Shown: positions 29,884 through 39,227 of the stretch, in pieces | Layout of the letters: each line of letters starts with the position of its first letter | How positions within the stretch are numbered: the first letter of the stretch is position 1 | Source of the DNA: a virus | Lineage: Duplodnaviria > Caudoviricetes | Reading direction: 5' to 3' (one strand) | Length of the DNA stretch: 64,000 nt | Virus record (IMG/VR): IMGVR_UViG_2563367162_000001 | Coordinates: 1-64,000 of that record | The notes under the pieces: model-generated | What the model was told of the DNA's origin: nothing | Database searches by the model: none | The model's input: the letters and a program-made list of their open reading frames with translations, nothing else | Position numbers and translations under genes: made by a program

Positions 29884-30537
29884 TTATTCCACGTCGGTCA
29901 TGCCGAGCGGAATATTCACCCAAGCACCCTTTTCGTTTTTGTATTCAGCACGAATGTATTTCTTTGTCGCGGTGGGCTGGTAGCTTTCCTCGATGATTTG
30001 CACACCCTCGATAAAACGCTCGTTGCCCGTTTCCTCGGCCATCTTACGAAGCTGGAGCACACGGCTGGCCTTGATGTTCCCGCTCTGGTCACGGGAAAGC
30101 AGACGCAGCACGGCATTCACAAGGGCTTTGCTCGTTTCGTCTTTGGCAAGGCTTTCAATGTATGCCTTGACCATTGCGATGCCGTCCTCCACCGTGTCAC
30201 GGTAGCCGTCGATGGTGTTCACGCCGAGGGTAAGACGCAGTTTGCTGTCGCTGGTGGTAAACGTGTGGCTGCGCTGGTCGTCTTTCGTAAGTCCCAGCAC
30301 CTCCGACTTCATTTTCAGAATGGCGTCAAAGTTGCCGAAAACGGTATTTTTAACCGTCTTGATTTGTTCGCTCAACTCTTGGAGGACGGGCAGCGTGGTA
30401 CGCAGTTCATCGTCCACCATTGAGGCGTAGTTCTCACGCTGCTGCTTGCGCTGTGCCGCAGCTTCTTTCTTTTGCTTTTCTGCGCGGTACGCCTCGAACT
30501 CTTGGCGTTCTTCCGCGGTCATTGTTACATTTTCCAT
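29884..30537 (-). CDS. DUF3164-like Mu-phage protein
   Basis: Helical; ends in YIRAEYKNEKGAWVNIPLGMT. Confidence 0.7.
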   Translation of the reverse strand: MENVTMTAEERQEFEAYRAEKQKKEAAAQRKQQRENYASMVDDELRTTLPVLQELSEQIKTVKNTVFGNFDAILKMKSEVLGLTKDDQRSHTFTTSDSKLRLTLGVNTIDGYRDTVEDGIAMVKAYIESLAKDETSKALVNAVLRLLSRDQSGNIKASRVLQLRKMAEETGNERFIEGVQIIEESYQPTATKKYIRAEYKNEKGAWVNIPLGMTDVE

Positions 30538-30580
30538 ATTAAACGGATTTTGAAGTTATTAAAAAGGGATTAAATGCTGT

Positions 30581-30751
30581 TTAATCGTTGTCAAAATGCT
30601 GGTAAATATCATCGGCGTATTCGGCCATGTCGGCCTGCGTTTGCGCCCATTCGGCAAGTTCCTGCATGAATGCCGCGTATTCCTCGCTTTCCATTTCGAC
30701 GGTGCGCTCCCTGATGGCGCGCTGAACGTCTTTCATTACTGTACTGCTCAT
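30581..30751 (-). CDS. Small acidic hypothetical protein
   Basis: 56-aa MSSTVMKDVQRAIRERTVEM..; below the ORF-track cutoff. Confidence 0.5.
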   Translation of the reverse strand: MSSTVMKDVQRAIRERTVEMESEEYAAFMQELAEWAQTQADMAEYADDIYQHFDND

Positions 30752-30884
30752 GTTTAATTTTTATTACTATATCATTGAATTGCTTTGCTGTCATGGCAAA
30801 AACACGACACGCCTGCGCGAACTCTGAAAGGGACGCCGCACACTCGCGGGCGGCTTTTGCGTCAATTTCCCATTGCCTCATAAA

Positions 30885-31115
30885 CTACAGCTTTGATGGT
30901 TTCCACTCGATTGTTATCACGGCATCGAGTTTACCGCTACCGTTACACACGGGGCAGTCTATTTTCACACGCTCCCGCTGTTGTTCACCCCAAAAGAAGC
31001 CGTTACCGTGGCAATACCCGCACGAATGGCCGTTGCTGGTAATGGTTTCTTTCATATTGCCGACCCCGACAAATTCAGAGGGCGTTATTTTAATAATATC
31101 GCATTTTGCACTCAT
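30885..31115 (-). CDS. DnaJ-type zinc finger protein
   Basis: Two CxxCxGxG motifs. Confidence 0.7.
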   Translation of the reverse strand: MSAKCDIIKITPSEFVGVGNMKETITSNGHSCGYCHGNGFFWGEQQRERVKIDCPVCNGSGKLDAVITIEWKPSKL

Positions 31116-31134
31116 GCTTATTTTGATTTGAAGA

Positions 31135-31530
31135 CTAACGATTGACTAAATCGAAACGAGGAAACCTTTCAACCACTTTAACATACAGTTCCTCGACGGG
31201 AATGATTTCACGTCCGCTTCTATCTTGTCTATGGCACGCATCTTTTAATATTTGGTCTGAGATAAAGCCCAATTGATTAGCCCTAAGAACTGCAATCATT
31301 TTAGAAGTATTCCTATCACAGATGTCATTCCATAACACATATATATTTGTCCCATAGATTTCCAGTGTATCTAAAGCAAGGATTTTCCCAAGTCCTCCCA
31401 TAAAGTCATCGGGGTCGACCTGTTTAGCACATTTAAGAATTTCCATAAGTGCTGTTATAGCTCCTGGATTACCTTCACACATTTTGATTACTGCTGACTT
31501 TGCATTGTCACATAAAGTTATTCTATTCAT
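31135..31530 (-). CDS. Hypothetical phage protein
   Basis: AT-rich 131-aa ORF with EGNPGA motif. Confidence 0.6.
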   Translation of the reverse strand: MNRITLCDNAKSAVIKMCEGNPGAITALMEILKCAKQVDPDDFMGGLGKILALDTLEIYGTNIYVLWNDICDRNTSKMIAVLRANQLGFISDQILKDACHRQDRSGREIIPVEELYVKVVERFPRFDLVNR

Positions 31531-31727
31531 AATTTAGTTGTTTGAAACATATTGTACTGAAAATCATATCCCAATGCCCGCAATCGTTTCTCCTGTACCG
31601 TACTGCGGTTATTGTCACTCTCTGGAAGCACGGCCACCCGTTGCTCGCGGTTGAACTGATAGCCTTTTTTCCGCATCTGGTAACGTAGGTTGCGTTCCTT
31701 ACGCATTTGCTTGTCTTCCGTTCCCAT
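31527..31727 (-). CDS. Hypothetical basic protein
   Basis: ORF coupled within the early operon. Confidence 0.5.
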   Translation of the reverse strand: MGTEDKQMRKERNLRYQMRKKGYQFNREQRVAVLPESDNNRSTVQEKRLRALGYDFQYNMFQTTKL

Positions 31728-32181
31728 GACCTAATAATGTTTGCATAAGCAGGGCGTCGGCTATATCATTCACCGCCTGCGCGTCTTTTACTTTGTTGTT
31801 GAACGCGGCCACCAGATTGCGCAACCTTTCACGCGGTATCTTGTTAAAATCCGTGTGCCCCGTGGCACGGCAGGCAATGCCTTTAATCACCGTGGCGTTG
31901 CTTTCTTTGCCCGTGGCTTTGAGGTAGCCACCAATGGCGGCCATTACACGCTTGCGCAGTTTGTCCATTTCACCCGCGCCCGTCTTTTCGTTCGCCTGTG
32001 CCGAAAGTTTGCCGCACACGTTTATCAAATCGTGGGTGTCCATGTCGCGACTGCTTTCAACCCCGTAACTTTCCACGATGGCGCGTTTCTCGGCATCGGT
32101 CAGTCCCAACACGCTGCAAAGAGTGTGGAACTTCTTCAAAATATCCCTGTGGATTTTATCCATCGTCTTGTTTTCTGCCAT
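31699..32181 (-). CDS. Mu GemA/gp16-like protein
   Basis: ..YGVESSRDM.. motif; early operon position. Confidence 0.55.
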   Translation of the reverse strand: MAENKTMDKIHRDILKKFHTLCSVLGLTDAEKRAIVESYGVESSRDMDTHDLINVCGKLSAQANEKTGAGEMDKLRKRVMAAIGGYLKATGKESNATVIKGIACRATGHTDFNKIPRERLRNLVAAFNNKVKDAQAVNDIADALLMQTLLGHGNGRQANA

Positions 32182-32187
32182 ATCCTT

Positions 32188-32826
32188 TTACATTTTATCA
32201 ATCCAATACTCCTGTGCGCCTGCCTCCCATATCACGAAGTCCGCGCCGCCCTCGCCGAGGTCGGCAACCTCGTAACGGGTAGTAACAAATGCCTTATAAC
32301 CCTCCACACGTATTTTTATCTCACTGTCATAGCGGATATTCTGTGCCATCATACCTTTGGGCTGGCCTGCCTTTTCATGACTGATGAAAATAAACAGCTT
32401 ATCGGGGAACTCGTCGCGCAAAGTCTGGTACTGATCCATATTAAAACGCCTTAAATAATGCACGCTGTCAATCACAATCACGTCAGGACTTTGTTTCTTC
32501 TTCAAACGGGTACGCAGTTCTTTCAACTGTTCTTTATTCAGCAGGATAATACGGTTGCCGACTTCCGCCATGCCCACACGTTCCCATGCCTTTTGCAATG
32601 ACAGACTTAAACCCTGTTCCAGACTGTTGTATGCCACGCGGCGAAAGCGGGTAAGGTACTTGCAGACCTGCATCACAAAGGTGGTTTTACCGCAACCGCT
32701 GCCGCCGTAGATTATCCACGCCCCCCGCAGTTCTGGCCGCCCGAAGCTGGCAAGAAACGCCCCGTCGAAGTCGGCCACCTCAAATTTTGCCGTCAGCACG
32801 TTTTTATTGCTTATCGCCCGTCCCAT
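32188..32826 (-). CDS. P-loop ATPase
   Basis: GGSGCGKTT, VIVIDSVH. Confidence 0.8.
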   Translation of the reverse strand: MGRAISNKNVLTAKFEVADFDGAFLASFGRPELRGAWIIYGGSGCGKTTFVMQVCKYLTRFRRVAYNSLEQGLSLSLQKAWERVGMAEVGNRIILLNKEQLKELRTRLKKKQSPDVIVIDSVHYLRRFNMDQYQTLRDEFPDKLFIFISHEKAGQPKGMMAQNIRYDSEIKIRVEGYKAFVTTRYEVADLGEGGADFVIWEAGAQEYWIDKM

Positions 32827-32831
32827 AGCTA

Positions 32832-33680
32832 TTATTTACCCTCCTTTTGTAAAGCCCAAATAGCGCGTTTTACACGGCGCAAATCACATTCGCAGTCCTC
32901 CACTATGCGGTTGATGGCGTTCGTGGCTGTAATGCCGTTTGCCACGCAAATGGCGGCTATATCTTCACTGTTCACCACCTGCAACTCCACGAACTTGCGC
33001 CCCATGCGGCTGTAAATTTCCTCGTACCCCTTGCGTTTGGTGCGCAGCCCTTTTTTAATGCGCTTCTCCAGAAAATTGGTGGCGCAAAGGATAATGCCGC
33101 AGTGTCCCTCCAGCTGGTTGTAAAGACTGATAAAGAAATAAAGCACCTGATCCGAAAGTTTGTCGGCTTCGTCAAGCACCACAAGCGGGTTTTCCTTGCG
33201 TTTGAGCGTGTCGATGATGTCGTCCATCATATCCGACACCGTGCTGCCCGTGAAGTCCACGCCCATACATTGCAGCAACTTGCCCATGAACGTGCGGCGG
33301 TTCCAATATTCAGAGCAGCAGAGGTGGTAAACATGGCGGTGCGTAGCGGCGTAGTTCTTTATGGCTTCCGTCTTACCACAACCAGCGTCACCCGTAACGG
33401 CCAGCACAAGGCTGTCCTCACGGGCATTGTCAAGCAGAAAGCCCATGCGGCTGTACGCGCGTGTTTCAGCGATGCGCCACGCTTTTGCCTCGTGCCCCGT
33501 CTGGGCGGCTATCGTGCGCCACATTTCCTCGCTGATGGTGTCCCAATCACCTGCCAGCACCTTGCTGACAGTGGCCGCGCTTACGCCGTTCATACTGTTG
33601 GCCGCCTTGTTCTGGCTGCCTTTCTGCACGCAGTAGTCTTTAAGACGTGCGGCAATCTGTTGTTTTTCGTCCTTTTGCAT
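32832..33680 (-). CDS. MuB-like AAA+ transposition ATPase
   Basis: N-terminal HTH, GDAGCGKT, VLDEADKL; follows the transposase. Confidence 0.88.
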   Translation of the reverse strand: MQKDEKQQIAARLKDYCVQKGSQNKAANSMNGVSAATVSKVLAGDWDTISEEMWRTIAAQTGHEAKAWRIAETRAYSRMGFLLDNAREDSLVLAVTGDAGCGKTEAIKNYAATHRHVYHLCCSEYWNRRTFMGKLLQCMGVDFTGSTVSDMMDDIIDTLKRKENPLVVLDEADKLSDQVLYFFISLYNQLEGHCGIILCATNFLEKRIKKGLRTKRKGYEEIYSRMGRKFVELQVVNSEDIAAICVANGITATNAINRIVEDCECDLRRVKRAIWALQKEGK

Positions 33681-33691
33681 CTTATTTCGTT

Positions 33692-35695
33692 TTAGAAAAT
33701 TGAATAATCGTCTTTATCCGAAGCGGCCGCGCCCTGCGGTATCAGGGGCACTTCCACCGTCTTGACCTCTACCGCCTCCACGTCAATGGCATTCAGGCGT
33801 TTCTGCGCTTTCGGCAGTTTGTGCTGCCCGCGGCTGTCACATATTAGCAGGCGGTTGAGGATATTGTCCTGTGCAATAACGGGCTGCGCCTTTTCATAAG
33901 CCAGCGCGAGGCGTTCCGTTACATGTTGTTCCAGATGCCTGTTGAAGTCCTGCACCTGTTGAAGTGCGGCCGCGTCGCCCTCCTTGCGGTCGGCAAGTGC
34001 CATCGGCTGCACGTATTTTTCTGTCAGCATGAAGCGCAGCGTGCCGTCTTCACTTACCGCCAGCACCTCATGCAGATTATCGGGGTCGTATTTCACCGTC
34101 CAGCGTCTGCCTGCATACTGACGGAAACGCACGTCAAAACAGTCATAATCGCGTTTCATGCCCAAAATAGTAGGCCGCAGGCCGCTGCCCTCAATGGCGT
34201 TCTTGTGGCCTGTTTCCGCACCGAAATTCAGCAGGTATTGTTCGCGGCTTAACGGCAGGCGGCGTTCCGCGGGCAGGTTCTCCATAAGTTTGCGGAACTG
34301 TTCTACCTTGCGCTGGCGTTCCATCTGCATGATGCGGTCTATCTGTTCACGCACACCCGCTTCGTCGGGGAAACTGTGCCGCAGCATGTTCAGGGCTTCA
34401 CTGTTTGGCTGCTTGCTGGGGTCGGTGGTTATGCCAAAGCCCGACCAGTTGTTGAACAGCTTGCAGTATGTCTTATTCAGGTAGCCGAAATAAGGCTCTA
34501 TCACTTTGGCCTTTGCATTCTTTACGCGGGCAGGCGTCAGTTTGTCGCCCATCACGTTATAAAGCGGGGTCATGGCTTTAATGCCGTAGTGGTCACACTG
34601 TATCTGGTTTGCCCGAAGCATGACCCCGAAAAGTTCCTCGCTGTGTTTGGCCGCGTTGCGCAGGGCTTCGGCTATAAGTTCGGGCGTTTCGTGTGTACCT
34701 ACGGCATAGCCTATCGGGTAATTTATACAGGGGTCAAGCACCACCTCCAGCGTCAGGCGGTTATGGTATGTCGTAACGCTGCGGCCTTTGCTGTCGGTTT
34801 TCGTTGTCTGGTAAAGCAGTTCCACGTCCCAACCGTCAAGCGTCCACATGAGGAACGGAGCAGTCGGTCTGGTGCGCTTCACCTGCATGGATTTCTTGTT
34901 GCGGAAATTCGTACTGCCCAAACGGCCTGCCGATGTTACCAAGTCCAATTTTTCACGCCATTTTGCCACCGTGCTGGGGGTTATCGCTTTCCAGCCCTGC
35001 TGCTTCGCCACGGCATTGTACAAATTGGCTATCGCCACATTGTCGAGGTTGTTGTGGTGGCCGATAAGCTGCACAAGCACGCTTTCTTTTACATCGTCGT
35101 CCACCTTTGCGGCGTTGATATTCTGGAACTTCTTGCTAATGAAACACACATACCCATCATGCAGGTATTCGTTAAACTTACGTTGCAGGCGGCGGTCGCT
35201 TTCAGGCAGGGAGTGCGGGAAACGGTCGGCCAGACGTGGCAGGGCTGCCGCGGCTTTGCGCCAGAACTCCGTCTTGTTCAGGCGCGGTTTACTCTGACGC
35301 AGGCGGTGGCTGTTGCTGGTTTCAATACACTGCCGAAAAGCGTTCATGATGGCGCAGTTGTTTGAATATTCCGCCTGCTTTTCGGTGGTGAGGTGGCGGC
35401 CGTCGGCCAGCACATAGTCCGCGTAAAACTGCATGGCCTGTCCGTCGGGGGTGATTGTGTCCATAAAAGGCTTGCTGTCGGCTTTTTCCTGTAAGTCGGG
35501 GTAACGGCGGTAAACCTCCGTGCGATATTTCAGTGGCAGGCTTTCAACGGCAAACAGCGCGGGTGTCCCATAGCAGGCACGTTGCACCTGCTTGATTTGC
35601 TTACGACGGCGCAGGTTTTTCACCGTGTCTTCCGTCATAATACCAGCAATCAGCTCGGTGTGACTTATACAAAGCGTGTTACCGTAATATTCCAT
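33692..35695 (-). CDS. MuA-like DDE transposase
   Basis: WTLDGWD, QCDHY, AKVIEPYF (D-D-E); 667 aa. Confidence 0.88.
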   Translation of the reverse strand: MEYYGNTLCISHTELIAGIMTEDTVKNLRRRKQIKQVQRACYGTPALFAVESLPLKYRTEVYRRYPDLQEKADSKPFMDTITPDGQAMQFYADYVLADGRHLTTEKQAEYSNNCAIMNAFRQCIETSNSHRLRQSKPRLNKTEFWRKAAAALPRLADRFPHSLPESDRRLQRKFNEYLHDGYVCFISKKFQNINAAKVDDDVKESVLVQLIGHHNNLDNVAIANLYNAVAKQQGWKAITPSTVAKWREKLDLVTSAGRLGSTNFRNKKSMQVKRTRPTAPFLMWTLDGWDVELLYQTTKTDSKGRSVTTYHNRLTLEVVLDPCINYPIGYAVGTHETPELIAEALRNAAKHSEELFGVMLRANQIQCDHYGIKAMTPLYNVMGDKLTPARVKNAKAKVIEPYFGYLNKTYCKLFNNWSGFGITTDPSKQPNSEALNMLRHSFPDEAGVREQIDRIMQMERQRKVEQFRKLMENLPAERRLPLSREQYLLNFGAETGHKNAIEGSGLRPTILGMKRDYDCFDVRFRQYAGRRWTVKYDPDNLHEVLAVSEDGTLRFMLTEKYVQPMALADRKEGDAAALQQVQDFNRHLEQHVTERLALAYEKAQPVIAQDNILNRLLICDSRGQHKLPKAQKRLNAIDVEAVEVKTVEVPLIPQGAAASDKDDYSIF

Positions 35696-35698
35696 ATT

Positions 35699-36067
35699 TT
35701 ACATTGATTGCGCTTCCGCCTGTATGGCGGGGAACTGGTCTAACATTACGTTTTTGTAGTTCTTGACAGACTGACCGTCTTTGATGATGTCCACACGTCC
35801 CGTATTTTTGTCACACTCCAGCATAACACCATTAGGGAAATACTGACGCATATAACCGTCAGCATCGTGCATCGTTTCAATTGCAGGTGTGGCAATCATT
35901 AAAATACCTCCGCGCTGCTGTGCCAGCTGACGGATTTTCCGCGCCCGTGGGCTATCGCCCCCACGTTCAACAAAAGTCAGTGCCCGCCATACCGCTATTT
36001 TAGTAGTCCTGAAAGTCTTAATCAGGAACTCGCGGTTTTCTTTCGTTACTGCTATGTACTTTTCCAT
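35699..36067 (-). CDS. Ner/Cro-like early DNA-binding protein
   Basis: HTH-like N-terminus (VWRAL..SPRARKIR) directly upstream of the transposase. Confidence 0.55.
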   Translation of the reverse strand: MEKYIAVTKENREFLIKTFRTTKIAVWRALTFVERGGDSPRARKIRQLAQQRGGILMIATPAIETMHDADGYMRQYFPNGVMLECDKNTGRVDIIKDGQSVKNYKNVMLDQFPAIQAEAQSM

Positions 36068-36075
36068 ATTACTAT

Positions 36076-36501
36076 TTATTTCAGGTTAGCATTGATATAC
36101 TGTACATCCTCTTCCCAAAGAGGAAGCCCCATTTTGATTTTTCTGGTTACAACTTCCTTTTGCCCGACTAATTTCACTGCCTTATTATAAAAATCAGTGT
36201 CGTTATACGCGCTGGCTTTACCTATAAGAAACTCTGCAAGCTCTTCCCGCTCTTTCTTTACAGCCTTTTTCAAAAAACTAAGCTCTGCATCCATGCCACC
36301 AACACGTCTGCCGACTTCTTTCAAACATTGGCGTAATTCGATATGATCGTTAGCTCCGTCATAGGCACACATGGCTTTCATTTCTTTACAGAACTCGTCC
36401 TTATCCATATTTCCAGCAGCTATGTAGAGATTCTCCACAAAATGATAATCTTCTGCCGTTATCAGTCTTCGTGTCCTGTCTTCAAATTCTTTCTGTGTCA
36501 T
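36076..36501 (-). CDS. Hypothetical early phage protein
   Basis: ORF from MTQKEFEDR. Confidence 0.6.
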   Translation of the reverse strand: MTQKEFEDRTRRLITAEDYHFVENLYIAAGNMDKDEFCKEMKAMCAYDGANDHIELRQCLKEVGRRVGGMDAELSFLKKAVKKEREELAEFLIGKASAYNDTDFYNKAVKLVGQKEVVTRKIKMGLPLWEEDVQYINANLK

Positions 36502-36591
36502 TGTCCTTTTACTTTTAGGGTTTAACATTCTGCCGCCTCGGCTTTTTTTCGTACCTTTGGCGGCTGTGTTATAAGTTTCACGCTGCAAATA

Positions 36592-36637
36592 TCGTGATTT
36601 CTCACGAATATACAAATAAAATGCGTGAGAAATTTCG
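36592..36637. promoter_or_regulatory. Putative repressor operators
   Basis: TCGTGATTTCTCACGA palindrome and CGTGAGAAATTTCG between divergent genes; a third copy at 36814-36829. Confidence 0.55.
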
Positions 36638-36659
36638 ATTTTCTATAAATTATACATGT

Positions 36660-37094
36660 ATGGACGAAACAATTCACGATAGGATAGGGGCATTAGTCCA
36701 AGAATATGGAGATGGCAAAAACACTGTATTTGCCAATAAAATAGGCATAAGTGAGGGAAATATACGTGGTTATATCAAAGGCATCATGCCAAAGGCTGAT
36801 GTTCTTGAAAAAATCGTGAGAACTCTCGATGTAAATGCAATGTGGTTACTCACGGGAATAGGACACATGCGCGTAAGCAATTTAGATATAAATGCACCTG
36901 TACTTGTTTCTGACAATGACAGGCTTGCTCCTATATTGCAACAATTCGATGTATTTATTCAAAAAAAAGACGCACAGATTGTACAGCAAGCAGAAGAAAT
37001 TGGGCGGTTAAAAGAACGAGTTTCTCAACTTGAACGGGGAAAGGGAAAAAATGCCTCGGATGTCCCGACTTCTGGCGTTGCAAATGTCGGATAA
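36660..37094 (+). CDS. Phage repressor (XRE HTH)
   Basis: FANKIGISEGNIRGY..P.ADVLEKI..VNAMWLLTG; divergent from the early operon. Confidence 0.85.
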   Translation: MDETIHDRIGALVQEYGDGKNTVFANKIGISEGNIRGYIKGIMPKADVLEKIVRTLDVNAMWLLTGIGHMRVSNLDINAPVLVSDNDRLAPILQQFDVFIQKKDAQIVQQAEEIGRLKERVSQLERGKGKNASDVPTSGVANVG

Positions 37095-37348
37095 CAGTGA
37101 TAAATATCTTGCGCCGCTGATATGCCCCTTTATATGCCCCATATATGGGTACTTTCTTATGAATCATGCTGTTTTTTCATTTTTTCGAGGAAAAATACGC
37201 ATTAAACGGTTATAATCAACAACTTAAATAGATTATAGCCGCTATTTTTCCTATATACAAAAAGGAATTAAAGGGGTAGATTTTCACGAAAAAGCCGCTT
37301 TTATATAGTCGTTTTTGCTCTTTTGGGGGAGTATTCACCATACACGCA

Positions 37349-37383
37349 GACACCCCAACTGACACCCCAACTGACACCCCAAC
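37349..37383 (+). repeat. Tandem 12-bp repeat GACACCCCAACT (about 3 copies)
   Basis: Seen directly, adjacent to an internal transposase-site copy at 37395-37407. Confidence 0.8.
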
Positions 37384-37770
37384 CTCGTTTTTTCAAACGA
37401 AACGTACCGTTTTACCTCCTACCCTACCCGACCATTTACACCTCAATTCTACCATTTCCAAAAGTCCATTTAACTGGTGATAAAACGCCCGTTAAAGGGT
37501 ATTTTTCCGCTTTGCTGCCTCGCCACTACCCTACCCTCCCCATCGCCCCAAAAACAACAGACGACACGGCTAAAAGCCCCATTTCACGCCGTTATTGCTC
37601 GTTTGCAGTGGTGTACTCACCAGACAAAAGAAAGCGGCCAGAAAGCCCCCAAAAGCCATCTGACCGCCTATGCGATTAAAGCAAATTAAACCTGATGCAA
37701 AGCCGCATTAAACACCTGCTTAAACACTTTGCCCTCGTTCTTAAAGCAAAACTAAACCAACTTAAACCTT

Positions 37771-37890
37771 TTGTGCGTTTCGTTTTCCACCCCTCCACCC
37801 TACTACCATCACCTACTTACCGAATTATCAAAGGTTTACACATTCAAACGCTCTTCATACTGTTGTACGCTTCGTTTTCATGCCCATACT
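37771..37890 (-). repeat. Prophage repressor-side end with transposase-binding sites
   Basis: TTGTGCGTTTCGTTTT and GTTGTACGCTTCGTTTT, inverted relative to the other end. Confidence 0.8.
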
Positions 37891-38364
37891 ATCATGATAC
37901 CAGAACAGATAAATGGAGATAGCTGCCAAGTATCTATAAAAAGTAAAACAAGAGAGATAACTAATGCATGGCTTACAGTTACAGCTCTCAACAGTAATGA
38001 AGTGGCAGTAGCATCTGAAGACAAAAAGCTGGAACATCCGGAATGGACGGATAATGTACTATCATTAAAATTGACGGACGGGAAATATAAAGCCCAAGCA
38101 TTACGAATTAATATCTTTTATTTTGGAAATAGTAATCCGGATCAACAAATATGTTTAAGTGACCTGCAAATCAATATTGATGGAAAAGATCTGGGGAAAC
38201 AATCTATTGAAGATCAAACTGTCATTAACACAAACATTCACAAAAGACTTATCAAAAATAAGATTATAAAATTATCTCATGACAATGATAGTACTCTGCT
38301 TACGCGAATAAATGAATTGAAAGATAAAAAAATCATAGGATTAGGAGAATGTACTCATGGTTCG
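37891..38364 (+). pseudogene. Internal fragment of an erythromycin-esterase-family gene
   Basis: KKIIGLGECTHGS motif, cut by the prophage at 5' and by IS21 at 3'. Confidence 0.65.
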
Positions 38365-38453
38365 TGTACCTTGCAAATTTGGATACCACATTTTTATGTA
38401 ATTTAATATATCCCACTTTTGTTGTATTGGTAGTTTACAGACATTAACTCTTT

Positions 38454-39227
38454 TTACGTCCCTATATCCTGTTCATGATTGCTAAAAATTGTTTTCCTGT
38501 TCTCCATCCGGTAACTTGTTCCCGACAGCCTTATTATCTCACAGCAATAGAGCAGCCTGTCAAGCAGTGCTGCCGTGACCGCTTCATCCTCCAAAGGTTC
38601 CAGCCACTGTACGAGTGCCTTGTTTGCCGTGATGACAAGTGATGTCCTTTCCTGGAACTCATTCACCAGTTTGAAAAGCAAAAGAGCGTCTTCTCTTTTC
38701 AGGGGAAAGAGTGTGGCATCGTCAATGGCCAGCAGCTGTGCCTTCATTATGCGTTTGTAAGTTTTCATGGCATGGCGGGAGAGATCCTTTGTCTTCAAGC
38801 AGGTGAGCAGCTCCTCCAGTGTCACCATGTATGCCTTGTACCCCGCCTTCACGGCTTCATGGACAAGCCCGGCGGCAATGAAGGTCTTGCCTGTTCCGGA
38901 ACCGCCTGTCAGAAGAATGTTGTATGCCTGTCCCACCCATACCAGCTCACGCAATTCGCGCAGCCTCCTTGCGTCCATGCCGTCCGTCCTTTCAAAGTCA
39001 TATGTGTCCAGGTCATACCTTGGGGGAAGTCCCGCCGCCTTGAGCCGGCACAGGTAATTTTTTCTCTCCCTGTCGCGGACCTCCCGTTCCAGACATGCAA
39101 GCAGGAACTCCGGATAAGTCGGCTGCTTTTCCTGCGCCTCGTGAAGTATCGCTCCCATGTGTTCCGCCAGGTTCGGCAGCTTCAGGCGCCTTGCATATTC
39201 CACCAGTTCCTTCCTACGCTTTGTCAT
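38454..39227 (-). CDS. istB: IS21 helper ATPase
   Basis: [26 protein letters not shown]. Confidence 0.93.
   Translation of the reverse strand: MTKRRKELVEYARRLKLPNLAEHMGAILHEAQEKQPTYPEFLLACLEREVRDRERKNYLCRLKAAGLPPRYDLDTYDFERTDGMDARRLRELRELVWVGQAYNILLTGGSGTGKTFIAAGLVHEAVKAGYKAYMVTLEELLTCLKTKDLSRHAMKTYKRIMKAQLLAIDDATLFPLKREDALLLFKLVNEFQERTSLVITANKALVQWLEPLEDEAVTAALLDRLLYCCEIIRLSGTSYRMENRKTIFSNHEQDIGT

Larger units (their letters stand above)
2865..37890. mobile_element. Mu-like transposable prophage with contractile tail and DGR (Hankyphage-like lifestyle)
   Basis: MuA/MuB, repressor, Mu-type portal/MuF/gp36, sheath/tube/baseplate genes; inverted ends TGTATAATCGCGAAAACGAAACGTACAAC vs AGTATGGGCATGAAAACGAAGCGTACAAC. 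Confidence 0.92.

Noticed and set aside
37349-37383. Mini-CRISPR
   Set aside because: Contiguous 12-bp tandem repeat without spacers
37771-38406. Intact 211-aa gene or functional erythromycin resistance
   Set aside because: Chimeric ORF: phage end, host esterase fragment and IS end; most of the catalytic domain is missing
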